From contig NC_042999.1 in assembly GCF_006345805.1 (NCBI RefSeq), positions 136,896,001 through 136,960,000 on the forward strand: a stretch of DNA of 64,000 bases. The letters are read 5' to 3'. The DNA is from Octopus sinensis. Lineage: Eukaryota. Shown piece by piece: positions 39,126 through 51,121 of this stretch (the stretch's first letter is position 1; the number at the start of each line of letters is the position of its first letter). The translations under genes and the position numbers were made by a program. Below the pieces are notes generated by a model. The model was not told where the DNA came from, searched no databases, and worked only from the letters and a program-made list of their open reading frames with translations.

Positions 39126-39748
39126 TCATCCATGTTAATGACGTAAGATATCAACATTCAAGTAGAGCCAAGAAAATCCACTAAACTATGCTATTCTGGG
39201 AATTTGTCTACAAAATATTCTAGAGAAATCATTATATTAGTGATTCAATAATTGAATGTGGATATTACTGATTGTTCTAATTCCCAATAAATACTAGTTA
39301 TGATAACGATAAGGATTTGTTCAATTATCATATTATTGATTGCAATATATCATAGAAAAGGCTGTGATATAGTCTGAATCTCACTCAATTTCATTTCTAC
39401 AATTGCTATCCACACCATTTAGACAGGTCAATAATATGTTTCAGTCTAAATCAAATCTAATCTCAATATCAAGCCAAATTGTTTTGACTCACTGCATTCC
39501 AATGTCTTTTTTTTTCTTTTGTCACCCAGTAACTTATATTAATGCCTTTCAGGTCATCCTTCAATAATTTCTACACTTGATCACTGCAATCTGTCACAAA
39601 CTTTTATTCATTTCTGTCTCTCTCTCCTCACCATCCTTTTTATTTATCTCATAATTTCAATCCAATAGATCCTGACTTTGTTCTAACTTAAAATGATATT
39701 CAATCTGTCTCTTTGGTAGGTTTTTTATTTAGATTTCCTGTCATTTAA

Positions 39749-40070
39749 TCTTAACCACTACGCCAAATGCCCATGGGCATTTGGCGTAGTGGTTAAGAGC
39801 ACGGTTTACTAACCCCAGGCTTCCAAGTTCGATTCCAGGCAGTGACCTTAATAATAATAATAATAATAATGATAATAACAATAATAATATCGAAAAATAC
39901 CTTAGAAATGAGAACTCGGGTTTGAAATTTCCCCCAAGACATCTGATGAAGGCTTGGAGGGTATATCAGCCGAAACATTGTGCTAACAACAAACAAGATG
40001 AGGATAAATATCTGTCAAATGTAAACAATGTACATAATTCCTCATCTCTTAAATATAGAACAATATAAAC
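39749..40070 (+). mobile_element. tRNA-headed short element carrying a hammerhead motif, 5' end capped by a 50-bp perfect palindrome
   Basis: A box TGGCGTAGTGG (39782), B box GTTCGATTCC (39827), (AAT)n spacer, hammerhead core at 39943-39979; 39749-39798 is a perfect palindrome. Confidence 0.75.
39938..39984 (+). ncRNA. Minimal type I hammerhead ribozyme motif (partly decayed)
   Basis: gacat-CTGATGA-a-ggct...agcc-GAAA-cATT-gtgc: core boxes intact, stem II ggct/agcc; stems I and III weakened by transitions. Confidence 0.65.
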
Positions 40071-40572
40071 TGAAGCAAATTTTTTACTACCTATTTGGTT
40101 TCCAGTGGTACTAGCTGTGAAGATATATTACAACCTAACTTTCTGAGAATAACATATATATTTAATCATGTATGTGTGTGTGTGTGTGTGTGTATTTAAC
40201 CTTCTTTAAAATAATTTCTATCTGTCCTTTGGCAGTATAGAAGCAAAATGTTTCCGTGTACTGTCCTAACATTGCAATCAAGACTCTAAAATATAATTTT
40301 TGTTCTATTTTAATAACATTTTTAAATGAACATGATGTTTATTGGGCTCTGGGATTAAATTGGAGACTGGAAGATATATCGAAAATGTAATTTTTCTATT
40401 TTTTCTTTTTTTTATGTTTAACATTTCTGACTTGTTGCTTGCCAAACTTTTTAGGATTCTGCTTGCATAAGTTGTTTGCCTTAGGTCTTATATGATATCA
40501 CCATAGTTTGGCATAAGCTTTTCTCAATCATTAGATGTGCTAAATGTAAACATTGGTATTCTTGGTAGAACT

Positions 40573-40604
<32 letters not shown>

Positions 40605-41186
40605 GTAAATATGCACTACTTTTTCCAAGTTTTTGTTTTAAATTTATCTAGCACTGTAATGGAAAATCATTGCAATAATCAGATATTAAGACAAAACACA
40701 AAATTACTGAACAAAAGCATCATTTAACAAATGTTGGCTGAGAGTACCTCATATCACATATTGAAAAGATCTTTTAAACATCTAGGCAACACCTCAGTTT
40801 TCAACTACAATATCATTCTAGAAAGATTATTCCTCTTAGTCCTTGACTACAAATATCCAGTCACATCTATACCACCTTAGAACATCAGTACATCACCACT
40901 CTCCAAACACTAACCTACATATTCAGTTCAGCCACATCTGAATCCCTCCAGAATGCTGCTTCAAGAGAGCCTGAGCAAGCAAGGGAGCAATGATCCAATG
41001 AAGGAACATCCACATAGTCACTAGATCCACTAGAAATAACAGCCAAATCCCCCTCTAAAAAAAGGACTCATTAAAGGAATGTAGTCCTATACACAGATGT
41101 CTCAAAAGTAAATAGATACCTTCATTTTTATAAGTTTTTGATATTTGCTGATTGAAAAAGAGGTTTCCTTCTAGCTGCTCTGCAAG

Positions 41187-41510
41187 TTAATGGACATACC
41201 TTACAGAAGTACTCTGTCTCATTTGGTGTTGCTCTGCAACATCAGCTGCCTTACAAGTGGGATAATTTCCAACAGCCCACCTGACAGCCTGGAGACACCT
41301 GTCAAAGGGCCCAGGTTGACTTGAACAGAATGTTGTTGATTCCTTTTCCTTTGTTGGTGAATTGTACAATCATTGTGTTGACTGTGACAGGAGGAATCCC
41401 AAGGTTATGTGCAATCTTACACTGGTTATGTCCACCCTCAGATTGAACATACAATATACTCTCTCTGAAAATCAAGCATCTCTTTTGCTTCTGGTGCTAA
41501 CAAGTTTGAA
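41187..41510 (-). pseudogene. Tc1-like transposase N-terminal (paired HTH) remnant
   Basis: Minus frames KIAHNLGIPPVTVNTMIVQF / STTFCSSQPGP...PTCKAADVAEQHQMRQSTSVRYVH resemble HTH-GRP-HTH; frameshifted, no DDE seen. Confidence 0.6.
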
Positions 41511-41546
41511 GCACCAGGTAGTGTCTGCACAGATAAAACTTTATAA

Positions 41547-41754
41547 TCCTTTAGTGTTCAGATTACTCCATCAAATGTAATGCATATTCATTCACTCTTT
41601 TAAATTAATCATACATTATCTTGTAGCTTTGAAATTTTTATCATGTGATTGTTTATAATCTGAATGGCATTGTTGGGTAGGTGTGAGAGGCCAGCTCTGG
41701 CCAGTTTGAACATAAAACAGATAGAACATTTTGGGCTGTTTAAATGCTAAAGGG
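41547..41754. mobile_element. piggyBac-type MITE (~208 bp)
   Basis: TIRs tcctttagtgtt / aaatgctaaaggg; flanked on both sides by ATAA (41543-46, 41755-58). Confidence 0.7.
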
Positions 41755-42489
41755 ATAATGAGAGGTATCTGTTTACTTTTAAGGTGCATTTGTATACACA
41801 AGATGTGTTGATCTTGGCTGGAATAATTTTGATCTATCCTCAAAACAGCATCTCTCATACTTAGTCCAGATATATCTCCAAAACTGTAGAAGAGAATGAC
41901 GATTTTAGGAATGTTGTTCATTTAGTAAGAGGCATGTCTACAATAGCATTGGCATCAGGGAGAGGTGTGGCCATTATTTCTAACTTCCATATTGTGACTA
42001 AGTATCTGCAAGCTTATGCTATTTAGGCAACTGTAATTTTCATAGTGTTCCTGTTAAAAATCTTATGTTTTGGTTTCAAGGTAAAAATGTACAATTATTA
42101 GGGTTAAAAAAACCTTTAAATATATTAGTTGCTACATTAATACTGATCAGTGGCTTGACCTGCACAGTATTTCTGCTCTTATTTCTGTTATTTCTAATAG
42201 AGATTGACTCCCTGTTCAGTTTATTTATTCCACTCCTTTTACTCTTCCATTTTGTGTGTATGTACACAAGAATGGGAATAAAACATTGTACTTATCCTTA
42301 TATTATGTTAACATCCAAAAATTATATATGAACACAATGTGCTCACCCACTAACATTTATACTTGAATGTATGTATGTATGCATGCATGTATGTATGTAT
42401 GTATGTATGTATGTATGTATGTATTTGTATATATGTGTGAATGTGTTTGTGTATTTGTAAATGCAGATTAATATCTGTACACAAAAGGC

Positions 42490-45110
42490 AAAAAATATTT
42501 CTTCTAAACATCAGAAGGCTGTTGCACATCAATTGTAAAACAAAAATCTCATTCTTGAGAGACCTTGCTGCATACAATCAAGCTCAATGCATAGCACTTG
42601 TAGAAATGCATCTCAGCCCCGATATAGGAGATGCAGAAATACACATACCCTAATATGTTGTCATACACTCAGATAGAAAAGAAAGGAGCCATGGTGGAGT
42701 TGTTATGTACATCCAAGAGGATCTCACACCCCAGGTCCTGCTGTTGTATTCAAATTCAGTGTGTGACGCTCAAATTGTACACATAATACAACTTAATATT
42801 GTCATATGTACTACATACTGCTCACCGGATGCTCTAAATCCTACAGGTAAGTCTGAAGACTGCCTAGCAAAGATAGAAGTTTTCACCAAACTGGAACAAC
42901 ACATCAGTGTATTCCTTTTGGGTGACTTTAACTTCCCCAATGTGGGATAGCCGGTGGAGGCCAGATGCTCCCAGGAATGACACACCACCAGCAAGCACAG
43001 GCAGAGTCCCTGCTCCACCTTGCCAATACTTCTTTCATGGAACAAATTGTGCTGCAACCATAATATACTGGATATCTGCTTTACAAACAATATGGATATT
43101 ATCCATAATGTTAAATTGACACAATGCTAGTCTCGGATCACAGCATAATAGAGCTGTCTATGTATGGACCAAAAGTCCCTGCATATGTACAGCCTATATG
43201 AAGCCCCCAAAATCTCTTCAAGCTGAATTTTCATAAAGCAAACTGGAAGTTGATTGAGAAAGAGATCCTCAAACAGGATTGGCCTAAATGTCTCTCCACA
43301 CGAAACATTGACATGAAATACAAACATTTCATGTCCATAATGCAAGCCATATGTGACAAATTTCTCCCAGAGCACAGGGCCAACACACACAAAAACAGGA
43401 TCCTTAGCAAAAGGAAGATTCTTATGAGATAACAGACAAAGATTGTGAACCACCTGAGCAAGCATCCCAAAAGTGGTAAGAAGTGACACCTGGAGAGAGT
43501 GCTGTTGGATATTGAGAAAAATCTGCATCAGTCTCATGAAAAAGTGAAAGCAGATAAGGAAGCATGGGTTATAGAAAATATCAAGCTAAACCCAAAAACT
43601 TTCTTTAATTTTGCCTCAATACACCACAAGATAGGACCCCTCTTGAAAAAAGATGACTCCCTCACAGGAAATCCAATGAGGATAAGTGAAATACTGAACA
43701 AACAGTTTCAAAGTGTGTTCACTACACCTCTAGAACACAGGCAAGTGAACAAACCAGCAGAATTCTTTGCCTTTTCACCTGTAACCAAAGAGGCAAAAAT
43801 TAATTACATCAATATTAAAGAAGATGTAACAATGGCTATAGATGGGGTTGACGCAAACTCAGCTGCTGGCCCAAATGGATTCCCAACAATCCTTCTCAAA
43901 TCGTGCAAACGAGCCCTTGCACAATCACTCCAGCTTCTTTTTCAGAGCTTTCTTGTGAATGGTAAGCTCCCAGACAAACTGAAGGAAGGAATAATATGCC
44001 CTACCCTTAAAGGAGGAAGCAAAGCAGATCCTAAAAATTATAGGCTTATCTCTGACCTCACACATCAGCAAAATCATGGAACGAATAGTCTGCAAGAAAC
44101 TAATCACATTCCTTGAAGAAAGTGACTTGCTGACCCAGCATGGATTTCGACTAGGTAGAAGCTCTAACACAGCTCTTGCTACATTATGACTGGGTATTAA
44201 AACAATTGTTAAATGACTCAAGTGTGAATGTGATATGTCTCAACTTTGCAAAAGCCTTTGATAAAATCGACCATGGTATGTGTCACAAACTGCATGATCT
44301 TGGCATAGTTGGAAAACTTGGAGAGTGGCTACATGACTTTCTAAATGATAGACATCAGACAGTGGTGGCAAATGGAGCCACCTCAAAGAAAACAAATAGC
44401 AAGTGGTGTTCCACAGGACACTGTCTTAGGGCCCTCTCAGACATGCCCTCAGCTGCTCAGATAGGCATCCTTGCTAGCTATGCAGATGACACAAAAGTCT
44501 GTCATACTATACAAAATCCTGGAAATGTTGCGGATCTGCAATGGGAGTTGAACGCAATATATAGGTGGACTGAGGACAACAACATGCAGTTTAATGCAGA
44601 CAGGATACACTGGCATAGGAGGGATTGCAATCCCTGAATCAAAATCAGTGCATGACCTGGGCATTGACATGAGCAATGATGTATCTTTCCAATTGTATAT
44701 TACCAATTTGCTAATAAAATGTAGACAGCTAGCTGGATGGATCCTCTGAACTTTAAAAACAAGAAAAAAGAAGACGATGGTCCTTTGGAGGCATACATCC
44801 TCAGCTACTTGGACTACTGCTCACAACTATGACCACCACACAAGATAAACTTAATGACAAGGCCCAAAGCAGCCCAGCGAGGCTACACAGAACATTGTCT
44901 CTGGGAAAGACAGAGAGTTAGGGCTCTTCTCTCTAGAGCAAGGGTGGGAAAGATATGCAGTAATGTACATCTGGAAAATCCTTGAGGGCCTCATGTCAAA
45001 CTCAGGCATTGAGAGTTGTACCGGTAGCAGAATAGGGCGTCACTGCACAGTGCTAGGGGTCCCGGCTTTTATGGACTTTGGCAAAGATATACCAGACATG
45101 GAAGCAGAGC
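42490..45110 (+). mobile_element. CR1-group LINE, decayed ORF2 from APE endonuclease to 3' end
   Basis: EN: LNIRRL...IALVEMHL...SHGGVVMYI...LLGDFNFP; RT: SAAGPNGFP...PKNYRLIS, CLNFAKAFDKIDH, ASYADDTK; C-terminal MYIWKILEGL; many stops and frameshifts. Confidence 0.92.
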
Positions 45111-45514
45111 TTGGAATTGATAAATTCCAAAATAAACTTAGCTAGTAGGGAAAAAGTTAAGGCCCTGATATCATTAGGTAAATGGTTATGCTTCATATGC
45201 AAAAAAGTGGTTTGCAGAAACTCCATATGGAGTGTTTACGCTGGCTAACAGAGCATTTAGATTTTATGGTGGCAGTTGTGCAGGAGTAATTCCTTCAAGT
45301 GTACAGAATTCTAACTAAAAGTTAATTGCTTCTGATACCTAGGGAGCTTAATTAGTGGATGTACGGAAAATGTAGAAGCCACAGTTACACAGGATAGCAA
45401 AGTTAAGTGTGCTATTATCTCTACTAGGAACTGCTTTTCACAGTGAACGCCTGTCTATGTTGCTTGTGTATGCACTACACTGTTTCATGATTGTGAACTG
45501 TGAGGCATAAACGC

Positions 45515-45890
45515 AGAAGATTTACAATAGCTGGAAAGAAATGAAGTATGCATGACCCACTAGATGTGTAATATTAGTGTGCAAGAATGACAAAGTACAA
45601 ATGAGCTGAGAGAAAAACTGGATAGGAAAGGAATGTAATGTAGTGTGCAACAGAAAAAATGTGATACATGTAGAGGATTTCAGTTGTATAAAGAAATGCT
45701 TTGAAGTGAAAGGAACCTGTGAAAGAGGAAGTCTTAGGAAGACATCGAATGAAGTGGTAAAGATTGTAAATGAACCACAAAAAGAAGATAACAAAGAATA
45801 ATTATGATTAGCAGGCAACTTGCAAAGCTGAAGACAATGTGCCCACCATGCAACCATAGTAAAATGGTCATTAATATAATGCTGATGGAG
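45515..45890 (+). mobile_element. RTE C-terminal/3' end fragment
   Basis: Encodes a decayed ...NELREKL...GTCERGSLRKTSNEVVK; ends ccatgcaaccatagtaaaatggtcattaa. Confidence 0.75.
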
Positions 45891-46688
45891 TTTCGAATAT
45901 ACCACTGGGTCCTGAGTCTCTAGCTCACACACACACACACCACACACCACACACACACTATCCAATTCATTGTATCACGTTGCTTGTGTAATAAGCAATG
46001 GCATCTGATCTGTGTGCACTCAGTCTCTCCATCACCCATTATCATTATCTTCCCACCTTCAGCCATCATCTCCATCACTCATCCTCTTTTCTTCCTTTGA
46101 TCACAAAGCCTGTGTAATGAGGGATAGCATCAGATCTGTCTACATGCATTAGTCCCCTCTGTCATCCTTTACCACTAACCATCATTTCTCCTCTTCCCAG
46201 CCCCACAATCAACACTTAGTTGTGTGTATATATGTGTGTTTTATGCACGCACACACCACACATGTGCATGCACAAAGGCATGCACACAAGCACAATTAAA
46301 AGAGAGCTTTTCATTTCTACTCCAAGCTAATACAGACTACACAGTGATGTCAATTTAGATAATCCTCTCCTTCTTAATAACAAGTCTTTCACTGCTGTGT
46401 AAATATGATACCTACATGGTGTGATTTGCCTGCATGCACAACAAATAGTCCAGGAAACGCCTGAACTTATCACCTTTGAATCTTTGTAAATTTTCTCTTG
46501 TATTTTTTTTTTGTTTCTTTATATTTCAAAGATGATATATGAGAGATGTAACTAAACACAGCAAGGCATTTGTATGTGTGTGTGTGCAATTACTGCAATT
46601 TATGGCATCATTTTAAATTATGTAGTTACAATTGCTTTGTAACAATTAAAAATAATAGCATAAATTCCAGTTTCTGTATTAATGTATA

Positions 46689-47625
46689 CGAGTGTGGGCG
46701 GAGAAGTACATAGGTTGACTATGAAGGAGTGATGCTAGGGCTGTGAAACCTTGCATGCATTAATTTCAACTCTTCTTATTAATAACTTCATTGTTTCTTA
46801 CCAGATAAAATGACATCTGGCTGTTCAAAGAAGACTTCAAAGGTAACTAGTAGTAACTTCTCTTGAAAATGAACAAAATTTGGCATTGTACTGTTACTAG
46901 GTACCTGCTGAAAAACAGTTTAGCCCTCAAGGACATTCATGCTGATCTAGTTGCTACATTAGATGACACTCTAGTTTTATCAACAGTACATAAATGGGCA
47001 GCTGAATTTAGAAGAGGAAGGGAGAGTCTTGAAGATGACCCAAGATCTAGATGTCCTGCAACTGCCACCACTGAGGAAAACATTGATTGTGCTCACCACA
47101 TGGTAAGAGCTGGCAGGTAATTGACTATAAATCATATAGCCAGTTCTATTAGCATATCCCGTGAGAGAGTCGAGAATATTCTGCACAATGAACTTGGCAT
47201 GACAAAGGTTTCTGCTCAGTGAATGTTACATCTTCTGACACTTGATCAAAAGCATCCCTGGAAAATTTGACATTGTTTGAGACAGATCCAGCTGGTTTCC
47301 TTGAATGGTTCCTAAGCCAGGGTGAATGTTGGGTTCATCACTTTGAGCCATAGGCAAAGAGGCAATCCATGCAGTGGAAACACTGCCCACTCATTCCAAT
47401 GAAGGTCATAGTTTTTTCATGTGCAGGGACGATGATGGCCTCAGTTTTTTGAGATGCAAAAGAAATTGTGTTTATTGACCGTCTTCAAAAGGGCCACCTC
47501 ATCATAACTGAGGCAGTTATGAAACGCTCAGGAAAACTCAGGGGCTTTGTTTCATCAGTACAATACTCCAGCACACAATTCATTGGTTTTGATGGCTGCT
47601 GTGCATGACTGGTTTTGAACTGCTT
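46689..47625 (+). pseudogene. Mariner transposon, 3'-truncated, transposase pseudogene
   Basis: TA|cgag left end; KWAAEFRRGRESLEDDPRS...ILHNELGMTKVSA..., SQGECWVHHFEP (first catalytic D replaced by G), FIDRLQKG; stops and frameshifts; YSPDL region absent. Confidence 0.92.
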
Positions 47626-47736
47626 CTTAGAACTACATCTGACCTATGCAGGCATGGAAAAAGAGGGCATTATGATAATGCTGATGGTGATGATTACGTA
47701 CATGAAACTCACATCACCCAAACCTTGTTGAGACCA

Positions 47737-48080
47737 AAATTGACAGTACTCAGCAAAGGGAGGGTGGAGGAAAAAAGCTAAGTACCAAGAGTTGGTGGAG
47801 GACTACCACAAGAACCAGGTGTTTGCTTAAGAAGGCTGGAAGTTGAAAGTTTGTAGGTCATTTCCTGAGAAAAAGGCTTGGGGACTCTGAGCATTACATT
47901 AATGAAGTCATCAAGAGTCATCAAGAACAACACAGAGATTACTGAGAAGCCCTATTTAGATGGTCCTCACTGAAAAGAGGTGATTGGTGGGGTTAGACAA
48001 ATGCCACTTAGTGACATGGAAGCTTAGGTTTGATCAACTTAGGTCAAGTCACCTGAAAGTGAGTGTTGTAAGACCTGAAA
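47737..48080 (+). mobile_element. HERO-like (R2 group, restriction-like endonuclease) non-LTR 3' end
   Basis: KLTVLSKGRVE / RKKAKYQELVEDYHKN / RVIKNNTEITEK / RWSSLKRGDWWG match the ELTVPWE...KYQELV...WLWLKRG C-terminus recalled for HERO elements; 3' UTR-like gatcaac...gtcacctg...agacctgaaa. Confidence 0.65.
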
Positions 48081-48082
48081 TA

Positions 48083-48155
48083 CAGTAATCCTTCACCATA
48101 TCGTGGTTCACCTATTGCAGGGGTTTCTGGAAGATAACACCCGCAATAGTCGAAT
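48083..48155 (+). mobile_element. Tigger/pogo-like MITE fragment
   Basis: TA|cagtaatccttcaccatatcgtggttcacctattgcagg resembles CAGTAATCCCTCG-type TIRs; right TIR incomplete. Confidence 0.45.
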
Positions 48156-48547
48156 TGATCATGTGTCCAAGTACTGTTTCAGTAGATGTATGTAGAAGTG
48201 TATGTACGTGTGTGCATATAATTTACAAGCATAACAAAAGTGTGTGTATATGTATATTGCAAAATTTACAGGCATTCAGTCATCCATGCAGATACATAGA
48301 TTTTGTTTTCTTTTTAATATGGTTCATGTAAATATAATAATCCTGTTCTGACACTCCAGTGAATGTTCAACTCTGCATCACTGCATTTACTTCTCCTGAC
48401 CAGTGTGTTTATTTATTTTGAAGCCCTTCATAGTGTCATGTAACCTCATGTATTCCAAAATCGAGACAATTACCAACATTCCCAAGTAGTTCACTTGAAA
48501 ATTGTGGAGGTCCTTCCCATGTGAAACCATTGGTTGTTTTCTTAATC

Positions 48548-48632
<85 letters not shown>

Positions 48633-48816
48633 CATCAAATTGATTTAATGCAGTTCTTGTTCCAACACTCCATGCTTCTCATCTGGAAAGAAAACGAGAA
48701 TATAAAAAGAATATGACAATTCTGTCAGGTATTGCAACCACCACACATACAGTTTCAGCAATGGAAGAATCATTAGAAAGCTGGTTTCTTTGGTTCCTTT
48801 GGAAAATTACCCGAAT

Positions 48817-48850
<34 letters not shown>

Positions 48851-49065
48851 GCAACCACAAACCTGATGTGTCTATTCATCTCCAACAGTAGAGAGCAGCC
48901 ACCATATTTCATTCCATAACAGCTACCTCTGAAGAGTGCAGTTACATAATCAGACTGTTACCAAATACTCCGTTGAACTGCTAGTGTGAAACCAATCAGT
49001 AAGATTGACTGTAATGGATATATGATACTGTGCACATCGATTAATGTGTGTACATATATATATAT

Positions 49066-49280
49066 AGTTACTCAAAACACGAAAACACAAAGAGAAAACA
49101 ACAATGTGAGGACATGGAACAATTATAGTGCTATTGGACGCTCAGGAAAGGAAAAAAAAGGAGGATTTGGAACAAGTATAGTGTTATTGGACGCTCAGGA
49201 AAAGAAAGAAAGGAGGAGGATTTAACATTTCGAGCAGAGCTCTTTGTCAGAAACATAGGAAAAGGAAAGATCCAAGGAAG
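49066..49280 (-). mobile_element. Short hammerhead-bearing element (same family as 63110-63322) with an internal ~52-bp duplication
   Basis: Reverse complement is colinear with 63110-63322; motif gttt-CTGACAA-a-gagc-tct-gctc-GAAA-tgtt-aaat at 49254-49220. Confidence 0.75.
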
Positions 49281-49874
49281 ATATATATATAATTCTTATA
49301 CATTATTTTATAGTTTCTTTTTAGGGAGGGAAAATATTACCTGAATCTCTGATTCACTTATAACAAATAAAGATGAGAGAAAATAAAGAAATATTCTTTC
49401 TTACTGCTTGTTTGTTGCTGTTGTGTTTAATCACATACACACACACAAGCAAACTTATGTAAAAAAAAAGGTTTCAAATATGATTATCCCATCTTTTTTT
49501 TCCAGACTTAGCATTTACAAAACTACACTATCCAGTGTGATTTTGAGAAAATTTGGCTGCTATTTCTAATATAACAGCTTCTTTGTTGTTTTTCGCTTAG
49601 GTGGTGATGTTTGGCCTCAGCTCTGATGCAGCAGAACTATCATCAAATGTGTTCCAGCTGTCCCCAGCCCATTATTATTTCAGAAATAGTGCATATAAGA
49701 CTACATTATCCAGTATACCATTTTCTTTCTTTTTTCTAAGATGGTAGTGTGGGGTTGAGGGAGATGTGCATTTTATTTCTAGCATGTTAAACAACCATGT
49801 TGAGAATGCTTCATCAGCTCATTGTCTATTTTCTTTTGTTATTTTACTTTTTAACTTTATGCCTGGATTCAGAG

Positions 49875-49906
<32 letters not shown>

Positions 49907-50059
49907 ACACATACGCACATAACACACAGATCTATTCAGAAAGACTTGTATGTATGTATGCTTGTATGTATAAATACATGATTGTGTGTGCATATATATA
50001 TATATATATATGCAGTGTATGTGAGTACTTATATAAATATACCAGTGTGTGTGAATGGC

Positions 50060-50200
50060 TGAATGATTCAATTTGCAATCATAAGTTCCTAGTATCAATA
50101 CCACTGCATGGCACCTTAGGCAAGTTTCTTCTATCATACTCATGACTTGACCCAAACCTTATGAGTAAAATTGAATTGAAACTGTGTGGAGTTAGTTGGA
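50060..50200 (+). mobile_element. Decayed SINE family 1 head
   Basis: ccactgcatggcaccttaggcaagtttcttctatc. Confidence 0.6.
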
Positions 50201-50637
50201 CTGTAACTGAAATTCTAAGAACCATCCTTGTTATACAGCATGTCATACTCATTCTACTTGAGGATTACATGCATGGTACAAATGTGTGTTGAATATTCAG
50301 TTACTTCCACTATATAATTTCAATAAGCAAGTAGCTCTATTGACAGAACATCTGGAATACTCATTGTTAAAACAAACAAATTGTTTACTATGATTTCTTT
50401 TATTTACCTATACAAATATATAGATGTGTACATGTATACATTTGACTGAATGGAAATAAAAGGTTCTATTGCCTATGTTACAAATTAATGATTAGTTGTA
50501 GCAAGAGCATCATCCAACTGTAAAAACAATTGGATCAAGGGAGCTTCTTACTGGTTGTTTGACCTGCTAGAAATAGTAACCAAATCTTTCAAATCATACC
50601 TTACTGTTTGTTTTAGATATGAAAGGACACCTTAAAT

Positions 50638-51121
50638 CAGTGGTTCTCAAGCTTTTGTAGCTCAGAACTTCAGGATAGTACTCCATCACAAAAGTCTGTT
50701 TTCAATGGCTGTTGTGCATGACTGTGGCTTTGAACTAAGTGATTAGCCTGCCTATTCTCCTGCCCCATTTGAATGGTGTCTTACAAATGTTGCTGTTTAG
50801 ATATTTGATTGGATTAGTATTCACTAAGATAAACTTTGATAGAAATTACTAAAGAAGGTGAGAAGTTTTAAAATTATATTGGTCAAATTTTTGTTTAAAG
50901 ATAACACAATTTCCTGTTAATCCTCTAATCTTGACAAAAATTCTTTAATGTATTTAAAATATAAATATTGTACTAGGTTTTAGTAAAAACCACAACACCT
51001 CTAAACATTCAGTACCCTCCACCATCTACCTGCCTCATAGTACTGTTTTGATATTTGCTTCTTCTATGTGAATTCACAACATACCAAGAGAGCACTGCCA
51101 ACCAAGTTAAGAACCACTCTG
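50638..51121. mobile_element. hAT-type MITE with perfect 8-bp TSD, nested in a family D repeat
   Basis: TIR cagtggttctcaa / ttaagaaccactctg; CCTTAAAT at 50630-37 and 51122-29; family D sequence resumes on both sides. Confidence 0.8.
50680..50770 (+). pseudogene. Mariner transposase C-terminal fragment inside the hAT MITE
   Basis: SMAVVHDCGFELSD*PAYSPAP; overlaps in sequence with atggctgctgtgcatgactggttttgaact at about 47592-47620. Confidence 0.7.

Noticed and set aside
39777-39848. tRNA gene
   Set aside because: A and B boxes are present but no acceptor stem or complete cloverleaf; treated as a SINE-type head
42840-42853. Perfect CAG|GTAAGT donor
   Set aside because: Lies within the CR1 endonuclease remnant; no matching acceptor or exon identified
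43499-44637. Active LINE ORF2 (205-aa and 153-aa ORFs)
   Set aside because: Fragments of one decayed ORF with stops, frameshifts and deletions
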